Below are positions 43,119-59,395 of a stretch of 64,000 bases of DNA, piece after piece. The first letter of the stretch is position 1. The number at the start of each line of letters is the position of its first letter. This DNA is from the human T2T-CHM13v2.0 reference genome, Homo sapiens, in assembly GCF_009914755.1 (NCBI RefSeq), contig NC_060933.1, one strand, 5' to 3'. Below the pieces are notes generated by a model. That model was not told where the DNA came from, made no database searches, and saw nothing but the letters and a program-made list of their open reading frames with translations. The position numbers and the translations under genes were made by a program.

Positions 43119-43350
43119 CTTTTTTTTTTTTTTTACTTCAAGTTCTGGGATACATGTGCAGAATGTGCAGGTTTGTTACATAGGTATACATATGCCATGG
43201 TAGTTTGTGTGTATCTATCAACCCGTCATCTATGTTTTAAGCCCCACATGTATTAGGTATTTGTCCTAATGTTCTCCCTTGTCTTGCCCCCCAACCCCCG
43301 ACAGGCCCAGGTATGTGATGTTCCCCTCCCTGTGTCCATGTATTCTCATC
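43119..43350 (-). mobile_element. L1PA7/8-like 3'-end fragment
   Basis: Poly-T, then AAGTTCTGGGATACATGTGCAGAATGTGCAGGTTTGTTACATAGG...TTCCCCTCCCTGTGTCCATG. Confidence 0.9.
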
Positions 43351-44008
43351 TATTCATAAACACATTATATCCACACAAGTTTATCCACTTATTAATGCAC
43401 TTAGAAATCCATGTAACACATTCAAACTCATTTGCACGTGAAAAACTTCCAAGCTTACATTTTATGTGAGCAGCACACACACTTGCATACACACTCACAC
43501 ACAGAGCTGCCCTGATACGAAATGAAGAGCTCTACTCACTCTAAACACTTCTTTAAGCAAGGTTCTTCCCATATCTATCAAGTTATGCCATTGGATCTGA
43601 GGTCCTGTAGAAGAACGTGGAAGGCGAAGCAAACAACTACCACACATGAAATGGATGCCAGGTTTGAAAAAAAAAAAGTCTTGGCAATACAAGCCAATGC
43701 TTCAAAGGAAGCACAAGGATGGAGATCAACAATAGTTCATCATGTGTATACAAGAGGAAGCGCTGAGGGAAAGTTAGGACTGAACTCCCAAAGCACCTAA
43801 CAATGCAAAGCACTTTTCTACAGACCCCATAGAAACCAGAGAGTCACATATCACTTGTACCCTCTTGAAGCTTACAGTCCTAGGAAAGACCGATGTTTAG
43901 GGGCTTATTTTCTGACATGACATCATGAATAAGTTGGGCCAACATGAATAATTATAGTAGGAAAGTCAATGAGCAAAGTCATTATTCCTATTCTGCTTCA
44001 AGTTTTCT

Positions 44009-44313
44009 TTGCTTTTTTCTCTTTTTATTTTTTTATTTTTTTTTATTTTTGGGACAGAGTCTCACTTCATCAACTAGGCTGGAGTGCAGTGACATAATCT
44101 TGGCTCACTGAAACCTCCGCCTCCTGGGTTCAAGCCTCAGCCTCCTGAGTAGCTGGGATTACAGGCATCCACCACCATGCCCAGCTAATTTTTAGTAGAG
44201 GTGGGGTTTCACCATGTTGGCCAGGCTGGTCTCGAACTCCCGACCTCAGATGATCCTTCTGCCTCAGCCTCCGAAAGTTCTGGGATTACAGGTGTGAGCC
44301 ACCACACCCAGCC
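44009..44313 (-). mobile_element. AluS with small internal deletions
   Basis: TSD tgcttcaagttttct at 43994-44008 and 44314-44328. Confidence 0.92.
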
Positions 44314-44652
44314 TGCTTCAAGTTTTCTATTACTCAAGATAAATGTTTGTCTTAGGTATCCGTAAAGTCAGCAACCATCCCAAGAAGAACTTTTATAATG
44401 TGCAGAAGCTCCATCTGTCTTTACTATCAGTGCCTTTGGTCAGTATGATTAACACAGTGTTATTAAGCATGACGTTTCCTTCATAGACATTTTTCCTACA
44501 TAATTATAATCAAGAATATTTATATTTTAGTGCTACATATGTATTTTTTTTGAATTGGGAAAGATGGTGGGCCAGATAACCACAAAATGCTGCTGTCTTT
44601 TAAAAGGCTCTCATTTCATTTCATGATTCTATGATTTCTAAGATGTGATTTT

Positions 44653-44922
44653 CTTTTTTTCTTTTTTGAGATAAAGTCTCACTTTGTCACCCAGGCTGGA
44701 GTGCAGTGGTGCGATCTCAGCTCACTGAACCTCCTGCCTCAGCTTCCTGAGTAGCTGGAATTACAGATGTGCACCACCACACCCAGCTGATTTTTGTATT
44801 TTTAGTAAAGATGGGGTTTCACCATGTTGGCCAGGCTGATCTCGAACTCCTGACCTCAGGTGATCCACCCACCTTGACTTCCCCAGTGCTGGGATTACAG
44901 GCGTGAGCCACCATGCCTGGTC
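44653..44922 (-). mobile_element. AluS with internal deletion
   Basis: Alu body; TSD-like agat(g/t)t(g/a)atttt. Confidence 0.9.
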
Positions 44923-46036
44923 AGATTTAATTTTTATATTCCATAAATATTATACTCTATGAGTCTATTCTGACTGAATTTTTATTGTTCTAAGATTCTC
45001 TGATTCCAACATTTGATAAATTATGAAATCCTGCAACTTATGATTCAAAGATGCCAACAGTATGACTCTGACACTGTAATTTACAATCTTAAATCACTAT
45101 CAACTTCATACAAATGAGGTTTCCAGACCCTTTTCTTTGAGAAAGTAGGAGCCTAAGTCAGGGCCAAAGTGTCTGTATTTGAATGGGGAAGGTAGAGTCA
45201 GCATGCAAAGAAAGAATGGCCACTAAAAAGAAGAGATCTTAAAGCATGCCTCAAGGCTTTTCAAACACCTCCCATAGCTCCAATCTCCTCCTTGACTTCA
45301 TTTTATGGCCTAAAGATTCAGAACATCTATTGATAGAATTTCGGTACCACCGAGGCAAGCCTCAGCTATTTCTTTTCCTTTTATTCCCAGCATCTAGCAC
45401 AAGGCCTGGAACATAGAAGACTCTCAATAAATATTGAGCTTGAATGAGCTGATCAAATCATTGTGGTGCTCTTCCTCTTCCTTATTTTTCATTGCCTCCT
45501 TCTAACCTTCCTCCACCTTTCCCTCCTTTTCCTCTTTATCCTTCTCCCATCATCCCTTAACAGTACTTTAGAACTTCCATGTATATTAACTATTCAATCC
45601 TCATAGGAATCCAGTGATATATGAATCATTATCCCCATTTTACAGATGAGGAACCTGAGGCTGAGAAATGACACTTACCAAAGATCACATAACGCCAGTG
45701 TTAGAGTGAAACTCCAACTCTGTGGTTTCATGTTAGAGTTCCTTCCTTTATTCCACGTCTGCTTTATGTTCTTAATAATAATAAAAATATCATCATGAGA
45801 AATTAAGAAAACTGTTGCTTAGAGAGGAGGCCCACATTTTCTGTCCCTGAATTTAACTCTGAATTTATTTTCTCAATCAATACCAGTTCCCATTTCAGAG
45901 TATCCAATAATTGAGGGCCTTCTACACCCAACTGTTCATTTCATTTTCTAGCCCTTTCTCCTCCTATTGAGAGTGCTGTACATGGCATGTGTTTATTTTT
46001 CAATTAAAGCAAATTAAACTTAATTTTGTTTTGAGC

Positions 46037-46038
<2 letters not shown>

Positions 46039-46068
<30 letters not shown>
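46039..46068. repeat. poly(T)30
   Basis: Direct read; no adjacent recognisable SINE/LINE body. Confidence 0.95.
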
Positions 46069-46072
<4 letters not shown>

Positions 46073-46741
46073 TTTCACAGCCCACGGTGAGATAATTGAG
46101 ACCCTGCTGTTCCTGGAAGCACTATTTAGACAGAGCAGGCCTCAATAGATCTGGAACAATCTTGGAGGAAGTCATCTTTAACCCCTCCCTCTCCCTTGAC
46201 CCACTAGGGAGAGAATGAGGGAGAGAGAAAGAGGTGAAACTTACATTAAACACCCCTTCTTACCATTGGGAAACTTCCCTTCTTATTATTCTTTGGTAAT
46301 TTTTTAAAAATATCATCATCATATCTGAAATAATATGGATCATCAGAATTGCTTGTATACATTTTTTGACATGCCTAATATTCTGGTTTTTATGGAAAAT
46401 ACATTTGTCTAGTGTAGAGTTTCCTAAAGTATGCTATACAGAATATTAGTAAAAATTAAATGAAAAAATAGGACAAAATCCATCACTCATAAATCCACTT
46501 TTAGAGATGATTTAAAGTGTAAACTAATGATTTCAAGTCATGTTTTAAAGCCTGGGAACCCCTTATTCAAAGCTTACACAAAAATGTAATGAAGCAAGTG
46601 GAAAACATGGAGCTGCTCTGATGTGGGTGGCAAGGTGGGGATGATCTCAGATCCAGGCTCACCTGCTCAACCTCTCCCTGCTTTTGTGGTGGGCTTCAGT
46701 GGTTTTCTTAGAATCTCCATCGAATCTCAGGCTTCATTTTA

Positions 46742-47089
<348 letters not shown>

Positions 47090-47658
47090 ACGTAAGTATA
47101 AATCACTTGACAAATTTCCAGTTTTTATAGGCATTATTGTTCAGGCCAAGATTGAGCAAAACAGAGAAAAAAACTAAGTCTATTTAAATTTGATTTAAGG
47201 TGGATGAATGACTTAGAAATTGAGAAAACAGAACTAAAGCTTTCTCCCCTGCTTTGACTCCTGTTCCTACGACAAATTGCTCACTGATCCCCCATATCCC
47301 ACTAATTAAAATGCTGACTACACAAGCAAATCACATTCATTAAAGAAATATTAGAAAATACAGGTAAGAATCAAAGAATGAAATTCACTACAACCCGTCA
47401 CCCAAAGATGACTATTCAAATACTAGGATACATCATATAAAATAATCATGCTCTATATGATATTTTGAACCTTATGCTTTTTAAAATTGGTAATTCACAA
47501 AAATTTGATGTTGATAAATGTCATAAGTGCCATTTATTGAGTACTTACTATATGTGAGGCATGTTGCGAAGTGCTTTGTACATGCGACATTCATTCTCAA
47601 CAGCATAACTAGAAGGAAGGTACTGTTGTTGTCAGCTCTGTTTAAAAATGATACACCC

Positions 47659-48095
<437 letters not shown>

Positions 48096-48309
48096 TCACA
48101 GACTTGTACACATGTAATTAGCTGACTTCTTAGAAGGGGACACTTTTTTTTTCCTCAAAAGCATTTGCACCTTCTTTTCTTTTTAAAAATTTGGTATAGA
48201 GATAAAGATAAGAGACAGAAATAGAGATAGAAATTATAAAGATCGAGATAGAGATCTAACCCCTGCTTTCACAATAATGTATCTCTTCTTTCTCCCCCTA
48301 CTTCCTATT

Positions 48310-49058
<749 letters not shown>

Positions 49059-50623
49059 TCATATTTCATAAAAGGGTATACTCAATATAGATTTCCACCA
49101 ATGCTGTGTGACAGTGTTCTTTTCCTTGCATTGTTGCCAAAACTGGATGCTGCCATTAAATTAAAAAGCCATTTTGATGATAGCATCGCATTGCTATTTT
49201 CATTTATTTGATTACTGGAGAACAAAATATCCTGTATTTTTTACATTTATTGGTCACATGTGTTCCTCATTCCATTTTTAGATAGAAGTCCCACCCCAAG
49301 ATTATCTTCTGATAGTAGGTGATCTTAATACCATATCTGGGCTCATGTTCTTTTACTAGAGAAGAAGAAATCTGCTTTGGACATTTTCTGGTATATCAGC
49401 TGCTCTTCTACCTGTTCTCAACCATGTTCAATATTCCTTTCTTTATACATGCACGTGTGCACGTGCATGTGTGTGTGTGTGTATAAGTGAAGCAGAGAGA
49501 AAAACAGAGACAGACAGAGAGATTGCAACATCTGGCTGTCACAATTTGGGCTAACTCAACCCTGCTATTTGCTGGCTTGAAAAAGTGTTACTGTTATGAC
49601 TGGTGGCTTTGGTGGTTCTACTCCCAGGAAGAATAAGATTCTGGCTCTTGGCTGTGGCCCAGAGTTAGAAAGCAGCTCATTCTATAACTACTGATCCTGG
49701 TGTCAGCAGCATTTGAACTAAGGGTGCAGATAAGCATGCTAAGCTAAGATTTCCTGCCGAGGCACTGTGAAGTTAAATTACTATTTTAAGAGGCTATGAA
49801 GTTGGCAGCCAGAAAGCACTAGAAGAGTGGAAGATATTCATGATGCTGACAGATAAAGAGAGAAAGCAAAATGCAGATTGTTAAGGAGATTTAAGAAAGC
49901 TCCTTCCAGTGGCACCATTTATAACATCTCCTGGAATATGAAAGATGGATGCCTTTCTCATTTAGGCATGTACAGGATCAGGATTGAGGGCAGAGTCTGC
50001 ATGACAGACTTCATTGCATGAAGATTTGCAATGACTAACCTATCCCAAGACAATAGAGATCAGGCAGCAGTATTCAACCTTGTCTTTGGGACACCACCAA
50101 GCTGCTAATCCACAATGCCTTCAGCTGGTGTATAAAGGAATGGCAATTCAAGGACAGAACATACATACATACAGAACATACACTTGCTGATAACATACAC
50201 TGGGCTTAGAACCTGATGCTCTCACTTATTGTATATCTTGGGGCAAATCCTTTTACCTCTGACCCACAATGTTCTCATCTGGAAAATGGGGAGAATAGTT
50301 ACAATTTCAGAGTGTTACTGTAAAGGTTAAATGAGATATAACATGTGACAACATGCAAACACCTAATAAAATAAATGAGAATAAGGATGAAGAGGGGAAT
50401 CATAAGAAGGAGGTTGATAAACACAGTTCACACAAGAGCATCCATCATGCTGTCAATCATCTACTTTCCCATATGCACCTGATGAATACCCTGTCTTATA
50501 CATTAGAAAACCAAATCAAAAGTGAGATGGGCTGCACAAGGCGAAGGTTCTAAAACCAACTCAGATACGGATTGATCTTAAAAAGAGTTTATATGTATTA
50601 AAAAAAAAAAAAAAAAAAGGAGA

Positions 50624-50920
50624 GTCCGGGCATAGTGGCTCATGCCTGTAATCCCAGCACTTTGGGAGGCTGAGGCGGGCAGATCACCTGAGATCAGGAG
50701 TTCTAGACCAGCCTCAGCAACACAGTGAAACCCCGTATCTACCAAAATATAAAAAATTAGCCGGGCATGGCGGCGTGTGCCTGTAGTCCCAGCTACTCAG
50801 GAGGCTGAGGCAGGAGAATCACTTGAATCCGGAAGGCGGAGGTTGCAGTGAGCTGGGATCACACCACTGCACTCCAGCGTGGGCGACAGAGCGAGACTCC
50901 ATCTCCAAGAAAAAAAAAGA
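50624..50920 (+). mobile_element. AluS
   Basis: Full Alu, preceded by an A19 run and followed by (GA)n. Confidence 0.92.
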
Positions 50921-51405
50921 GAGAGAGAGAGGTTGGAATTTCAGCTGGATTGTGTTGAAGATAACTTTCTGCCTTTATGGTAGGTGATCCTATGTCTATA
51001 TCTGGTCTTTACATCTATATCTCATTTCTGGCCTGTTATAGAGAATTTAAAAATCTGCCTCTATCATTTTGCGTTCTCCCACGCCTTATTCTACTTTCTC
51101 ACTCTCTCCTCTAATCACTGTTATCCCACTGCCACATGGTGGGGAGGTTAGTAGAAATAATTGAGCACATTCATTTGGAAGGCAGTGCCTTGAACCTAAT
51201 AATACTTTTTTTCTACATGTTATTTCCAGTTTGAGCACATACCTGAGAGTATGAGCAATGGCTAATCTAATATAAGAGGGGGTGGAAATCATAAAAGGCA
51301 GTAACAGTTAATGTTTATATAGTGTTGATGATCTGCCAGGCACTGTCTGAGGCACCTGTCATATAAACTAATTAAATACACACATGCCTCTATGAAGTTA
51401 CTATT

Positions 51406-51713
51406 ATTATTGTTGTTATTTTTGAGATAGAATCTGACTCTGTTACCCACGCTGAATTGCAGTGGCATGATCACAGCTCACTGCAACTTTGAACACCTTG
51501 GCCCACATAATCCTCCTGCCTCAGCACCCCCGAAGTAGCCAGGACTACAGGCATATGCCACCACATCTGGCTAATTATTTTTTAAATTTTTTGTAGAGAC
51601 AGGATCTTGCTAAATATTGCCCAGGCTGGTCTCAAACAGCCGGCCTCAAGCGATCTTCCTGCCTCAGCCTCCCAAAGTGCTGGGATTGCAGGTGTGAGCC
51701 ACCATGCCAAACC
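51406..51713 (-). mobile_element. AluJ inserted in a MIR
   Basis: TSD tg(a/g)agttactatt at 51393-51405 and 51714-51726. Confidence 0.9.
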
Positions 51714-53722
51714 TGGAGTTACTATTCTTACAGTACTCATTTTACAGATAAGAAAACTGGCACAGAAACATCAGGTAATGTGTTCCACATCAAATAGCTA
51801 GTAAGTGGCAGAGCAGGTATTCAAACTCCAGCAGACCCAAGCTTTCAACCTCTGTACTTTCAAGTCAGAAAGAAGTAGATTCAAATCCACAACAAAACAC
51901 AATTGACTCAGTATATGGCCTTGGTCAAGTGGCATTACTGCTCTGAGCTCAGTTTCAACCTCTCTAGAATGGGGCACAATACTACCTATGCATGAGCTTG
52001 TTGAGAATATTCAGTAGGATATCTACATCAAATATCCATTGCAACACAAAGAATATGTCACATGCTTGGCACATCCACTTTTCCACTCCAAGAACGGCTT
52101 TAGGGCAGTGACATTTCAGCCATCTCTAAATGTTATGGATGAAGATCCTTCCAGAGCCCCTTCAAATTCCAGTCCATGCTCTGCCTACATGTATCATTCC
52201 CACTGTCAGGGAAGAGAGAGCGGTAAGCAAAAACTGGAGCTGACTTGGTAATATTTTCAGGAATCACTTGCAAGGCTTCACTGGACTTTCAATGTTGTTG
52301 TCCTATTGATATACATTCAGAATAAAATTCTTTATAAGCTCTCTCAGTCCTCCCTAGCCTCGGCTAACTCTGGCAATAGCATTTGATGTGGACCACTTCA
52401 CCTAAAAGAACTGTGTCTCCAAAATGTGTCCCAGCAGCAAAACTGTATTACCAACCCTTGCCAGGTAATCTATTTTTCAATCTTTCCTAAGCATACCAAA
52501 GTGCTGATTTTCTTTTCTAATGGCCCCTATGCTTGTGCAGATGTTTTTGTCGTCCCAGCCCAGGCTTCCTGTAGGTCCTTCCTTTATCATGCGCCTGTAA
52601 ACTCAGAACCCATCAAATTCCATAAGAAATCTGGCTTATCCACTACCATGTAAAGGGAAACGTACGTACTTACGGAAGGCAGTTGTCTCTTTCACAGCTC
52701 TCTGTTTGCTCTTCTAGGTTTATCTTGGAGCTCCTGGGGACTCTAGGAATTCCACAGCCTACTAGAGTTTCATCTACTTTTGCAGATTGCTAAATCTTAG
52801 AATGGAGACTTGAGAATTCACCACTTTTTCCCCAAAAAGCAATCATATCCTGGATGTCTGCCTTTCCTCCAACTGAATCAGCTTGTAATCTGTAACGTGG
52901 CTAAACGCGGCTGTTCTCCATTATCCCCAAGCTCCATTATTTCTCACAGAGGTTCCCAATGGCTCATTTGTAGGACCTTTGCAAGGCTAGATAAATTATA
53001 TCTTAGAAACCTCCCAGGGCCAGTACTGGGTTAACCCTTACAAAGGGTTCTAGCTGTTCACATAGGCCATTTGCTAAGAGCCCTGCTGCTCTGACCTTTG
53101 CAGTTTACACAAAAATGGTTGCATGTTGCTTTTGTTAATTACCTTATCAATCTACCTGCCACCCTTGAGGGAATACAGTCTCCTAGCTATCCCAAGATGG
53201 CCCCAACTTCCCGGTATACAACTCCGCACCCTGTGAGAAAACCTCTGCAAACTGAGAACAAAATTTGTTCAGAATGATATATTTTGTGTCCTCACCAGGC
53301 TCTCCATTCCTGTGTGGGGATAGCAGGAAGTCCGGGTAATTTATGACTCTTCACTTTCTCTCTCATACCCAGTCTCATTCAGTCTATTCTCCTTAAGGCC
53401 ACTTGCAATCTCCAAAAGATAGTTCCCTCAGGAGACAAAGATCCCCTTCACCCTCATATGAAAAAAAAAATTAATTTCACTTTTTCTCAGCCTCATTATC
53501 TCCTTAATTGTCTTTTTTGCCCCCTCAGTAGCAAGGACTGTCTATGGATCTCTAGGCAGTCTTTCTGGGCTGCTGTGTTCCATGAGGACAGTGGGTTTCA
53601 TGTTAACCCTTAATCACTTTGATATCAGGAGTTGCCACCATGGCATAGAATCACTATCTCACCACCACTCAGCCACACTGTCTCGAAACACAGTCTGTGC
53701 TGTAAGGTATGACCTCTTTTAA

Positions 53723-54328
<606 letters not shown>

Positions 54329-55305
54329 TGCAACATTTTCATAAAGCCAGGCAATATACCTTCAGTGAAGCAAGCCACAGCTGGGCCCTTCTCAATTTAC
54401 AGAAGGCAAGCCTGGAGAGATAAAGATAGGTTCTTGAGGGGGTCTAGATATATAGTGATAGAAGCCAGGACTGGAATCAGGTACCCTGAGTCCCTGTGCT
54501 CTTATTGTATAATATTCCGAATTAATGGAGACAGAAAAAGATACTGCCTGTGATCTCTGAGACCTTATAGTTCACTGTCGACATCCTCCTCACCACTATC
54601 ACTACTGAAGTGTCTTCCTTTAGACTTCCCCTTACCCAAAATTCTCACAGAACTTCTGAAGTGACAATTATCAATCTATCATGAATGATAATTATTTATA
54701 GATTTGCAGATCGGTACTATTAGATTGCCAGCACCTAGCAAGATTCATCACCATACCCCCCAAGTCACTTTGTCCAAAGCCTTTCCACGACAAGATATGC
54801 AATAAATATTTGCTGATCCAAACTGAAAACTTCCAGCTTTCATTCTTTTTCACAACACTTCATTTAAATTACTTTATCCCCACATATTCATTCTCTCCTT
54901 CCTTTTCTATCCATTTACCCTACTCTTGTTTCTCCTCCTCACTTTACACTGTTGTATCTCCAGGGTATGGCATTCAGAGTAGGAGTAGAAATTAAAATGA
55001 GAAAACTTGTAGAAATTACTGATTAAAAATGGACATAATAAAAACCCATCAAAAGTACTTGACAATGACCTTCTGTCAATTCTCAAACTCTCTTTAGTCC
55101 TCAAACTACCTGCCTTCCAACCAGAGATGTCAAGGAAAAGATGTCAAAACTTCTCACTCTCCTGTACAGGCCATTGTGATCTGCCCCTGCCTACCTTCCT
55201 AATTCCCTTTTATGTCATGTTCCCAATTTGAAAGCTTCAGCCACACTGGCAGGTAGTCCATCTCTTAGACTTCCTAAGCTTGTCCCAGTGAAATGACTCC
55301 GTGGC

Positions 55306-55613
55306 TTGTTTGGTTTTGTTTTGTTTTTTGAAACAGGGTCTTACTCTGCTGCTTGCTCAGCTGTAGTATAGTAGTGCAATCACAGATCACTGCAGCCTCA
55401 ACCTCTCAGGTTCAAGTGATTCTCCAACCTCGGCCTACGGAGCAGCTGGGACTACAGGTGCCCAGCTGTTTTTTTAAAGATGATTATTATTGTTGTAGAA
55501 ATGGGGTCTTGTTATGTTTCCCAGGCTGGTCTCAAACACCTGGGCTCAAGCGATCCTCCCACCTCAGCCTCCTAAAGTGCTTTGATTAGAGGCATGAGCC
55601 ACCAAGCCTGGCC
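55306..55613 (-). mobile_element. AluJ inside an L2
   Basis: CACTGCAGCCTCAACCTC, CCTGGGCTCAAGCGATCCTCCCACCTCAGCC. Confidence 0.88.
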
Positions 55614-55934
55614 AACTCCATTTTATTCTTCTCTCTGCCTCTAATGCTCTTTCCCCACAAAATTACATGGCTGATTCCTTCTCATTTAAGCCTCAGTTCC
55701 AACATCACTTTCTCAGAGGAGGCTTCTCCTGGCTACTCAATCGAAAATTATACCATCCACATTCCTTTCTACCACATTACCACGACTAGTGGTGTGACAT
55801 TTAATATTATATAAAATTATCTTGCTTATCTATTTGTTTACTCATTGATTATTCATCTCGCTCCTCTAGAGTGTGAACTTAATGAAAACAAACAAGGCCA
55901 TGGCCATGTACATGCTACATTTCTAAAGCCCAGA

Positions 55935-56147
55935 CCTGTGCTATTCAATAGAGTAGCCATGAGCCACATATAGCTATGTAAATTAAAATAAAAATTAATA
56001 TAAGTTAAATAAAATTAAATATTCAGTTCATCAGCAACACTGGCCACATTTCAAGTGTTCAGCAATCATACATGGTTAGTGGCTACCATATTGGACAGCA
56101 CAAAAAACATGTCCATCATCACAGACAGTTCTATTTGACAGCTCTCG
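55935..56147. mobile_element. MER3 (hAT-Charlie) inside an L2 3' end
   Basis: TGGCCACATTTCAAGTG.TCA..A..CA.ACATGG.TAGTGGCTACCATATTGGACAGCAC. Confidence 0.8.
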
Positions 56148-56230
56148 TCTACAGCAATGTTTGGCAAACAGTAGGCACCCAATAAATATTTGTTGAATAA
56201 ATCCTCACTCAATTTCAGGTCATCCCTCCC

Positions 56231-56250
56231 TTTTTTTTTTTTTTTTTTTT
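56231..56250. repeat. poly(T)20
   Basis: Direct read. Confidence 0.95.
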
Positions 56251-56429
56251 GGTGGCATCGAAGCCCTAAAAGTGAGGTAAACTAGACAATTTCCCTAGGA
56301 CAGTATTCAGGGTGCCAAGAGGCCTCCAAGCAGATGCTACAGAAGACAGGGCTGTGAAGACAATCCCCTCTATTCAGAAAGAAAACTGTTGTGAAATAAT
56401 TATGTTTTCATAATATTCGAAGAACTGAA

Positions 56430-56700
56430 AACTGGAAGAGAATTGCACTTGTGTGATTTCAGAGACATATGGATAGAAGGATGATTTAGGGGCAAAGTAA
56501 GAAAATATTCCAACAAAGCTCTTCAAATATGACATAGGCTGGTTTGTGCGGTAATGAACTTGCTATCACTAAAAGTACTAAAACTGAGACTGAATGGTCA
56601 TGTATTATTGGCATTACAAAAAGGACTCGTCATTCCTGAAAACAGAAAAGTTTGGTCATTGAGAAACCTTCAGAGGTTTTCTTTGATCCAGTGACTCATG
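56430..56700 (+). mobile_element. L3/CR1 3' relic
   Basis: Weak similarity: GTAAGAAAATATTCCAACAA, GGTAATGAACTTGCTATCACT, GAGACTGAATG. Confidence 0.4.
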
Positions 56701-58713
56701 ACACCTTCATACCATCAATTTCAAAGAGCTCATAATAACTCCCAGCTATTCCTAGCACCTATTGAACAACCCGATGTTGCCAACCATTCATAATAGTTAC
56801 CATTAACTCAGTGGTCCAGTGAAAAGAGCAGAGATGACGTAAGAAGGAAGACAGTTTCAAATTCTAGCTGTGATGGTTGTGTGACCTTGATCAAGGAGTC
56901 TAACCAACCTGGGCTTCACTTTCCTCTTCTGTAAAAGGGGCTGTATCTGTCCCACTGGGTGGAAAGAACGACTACATGAGAGAACAAAACTAAAGACCCT
57001 GGAACACAGGAAGTCAATATTCACTTCCAGGTAGGGTCTAATTTTCATCTGTCTATATTATCATTGGAATCCCCATATTCTTGGTATAGGCAAAAATGCC
57101 GTAACGGCATTGCTTTAAATGAACATGAAGCAATTGTTAGCTAGAAAGTGTGAGAGACAGAGAGAGAGATGACAGTTGCTATTGAGATGCAACAGGAAAT
57201 GCAAGGGCAAACATTTATAAAGCAACTACTCTGTGTCAGTCCCTGGAATACAAAGATGCTCCTGAGACCATACTGAAGAGGGTAAGATAGACCTATACCC
57301 CCAGCGCTATAAAGCAGGGCAAACAGAGACACAAACTAAAATAGAGTTTCAGATAAAATGGTACAGAAAAATCAGGTGATAAAGAGATTAATTCCAAAAT
57401 AAGATCTTGAGAAGACTTCTTGGAAGGGTCATTTGAGCTAGATGTTGAAATATGGGTGGAATTTTGTTAAAAGTCGTGGCTGAATGTGGGAGATGGTGGA
57501 AAGAATAATAAAGATAATCTTTGCAGAAGGGAGCACAACTGGAAAAATTATTTGAAGAATGACATTTAAGGACCTGTCTTCTTCACATGACCTCCATCTT
57601 GTCTTTAACATGGTTACCAGTAGTTCAGCAGCCAATTTGTTAAGCTTTGTATTTCAGCAAGGGAAAAGCAGGAAAAGACGGGTAGGGTATGTCTAACCTT
57701 AATGGCCCATTCAAGTGATAATGTACTGGTGATTTCCTCTAAGGAATTGGGAGGGGAAAAGAGACAGGTTGCAAATCAAAAAATGTCTCCTTGCACAACT
57801 GAAGGGGCCTTTGGGCAAAGACCTTTTCAGAAAAATAGAGGACTTTATGATCCATAACATAAACTCTTGCAAGCACTAAGAAAGAGATGTTGAATTCGAA
57901 CCTATCAGGGGAGGGTGTTTTTACAATTCTTGCCTGTACCAGCGGCAAAGATACTCATTGCAGCCTGAGCTGGGTCGTCTAAACTCAACGGGGGCCCAAG
58001 AGCTGATTTGGCATCTCTGAGCTGTTTCTCCTTGGTTGAAATGGAGTCACAGCTCCCCCTTCTGGGAGCTAAAGTGCCATCTAGCCCCGGAAAATCCTGC
58101 ATGGAAAAGGCTCTATTGCAGATGGGCCTAAAACCCCCATGTTTTTCAGTATCTGCCTGCACCCCGAAACAGGCATCTAGAAGTCTAAGAGCACGCTTTT
58201 GAGTGAACTCGATTCTGACTTCTCCAGGGTCTCTCTTTCACAGGGCTTTACATTTCTCCTTCCCTGGAGTTTATGGGTCCTACTCTTCACATGGGAGATG
58301 CTTTATATGGGAGAACACAATTTGGTGTGGAGGTTCTCTTTTTTGGAAATGTAGCAAGCAGGAAAGGTTTCTGGATCTTTGTGTGCACATGTGTGTATAA
58401 GCACACCTATGCATGTGTGCTTGCATATGCTTCTGTGCCTGTAATATGTATTAATGTCTAGGGGTGAGATTCTAATTAATATAAAGAAATTAATTTGCCT
58501 GAAGTATTTGCACTGGTAGATGGGTGTACATTTTGCTCTCTGGAAACCAGTGCATTCCTTAATAAAAATCTTAGATACAGACCAGACACTTTGCTGGGTT
58601 CTGCCTACCAGTCACACTCAGTACTGGGTCCTTGCTTGTCGGTAATTCCCTAAAGACATTGGAGAAGGAATCTATGTTCTCTCTCTGTCTCTCTCTCAGT
58701 CCTCCCCCCGCCA

Positions 58714-58715
<2 letters not shown>

Positions 58716-58763
<48 letters not shown>
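58716..58763. repeat. (GT)24 microsatellite
   Basis: Direct read. Confidence 0.98.
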
Positions 58764-58764
<1 letters not shown>

Positions 58765-59395
58765 TTTCGGGAATAGTGATTGAGGCATTGGATCTTTTCT
58801 CTTCAGGGCCATGTTTCCAGATAGAAAAACCCTGAAATGCATCTCTGAAAATGTGAAGTTTGATGAGGGAAGACAAGCGATTGTCTTGGTAGGGGTCATG
58901 GTGGCAGGTTGGCAAGATAGGGGTGGGAGCAATATACAGTCCTAGAGTGTATATTGCTGGGAGGAGTGGAAAGGGTATTGATCTAGCTGATTGATAAGCC
59001 TAGATTCTAGTCCTGGGCATGCCACTAACCCACTACTGAATGTTGGGGAATTCTCATTCCCTCTTTAGGCCACAGAGTCCTGCCTTTCTGCTCTTTAATA
59101 TTCCTTCCAGTTTCGATCGTCTGTGAATTAGGAAAGAGAGAAAATGAGGCAGTTCCCAAAAATGGGTCTCCTCCTTGGCCCTAGTACCCCCTACCCAAGA
59201 TAATCCAGGGAGCTCTGCCCTGACATGAGTTTCCTGAAGGAGATTCTCTGTGGCTATGTGAAGGCTTCAGCCTGAGGTATCAGCCTCTGGACAGAGAACG
59301 GTATGTCTGCAAGTGCCTGCAGGTAGAACCCACCCACTAGGGCAGGTTCCTACAAATACATGTTTGCTTTTATCTCTCCCCAGAATATGAACACA

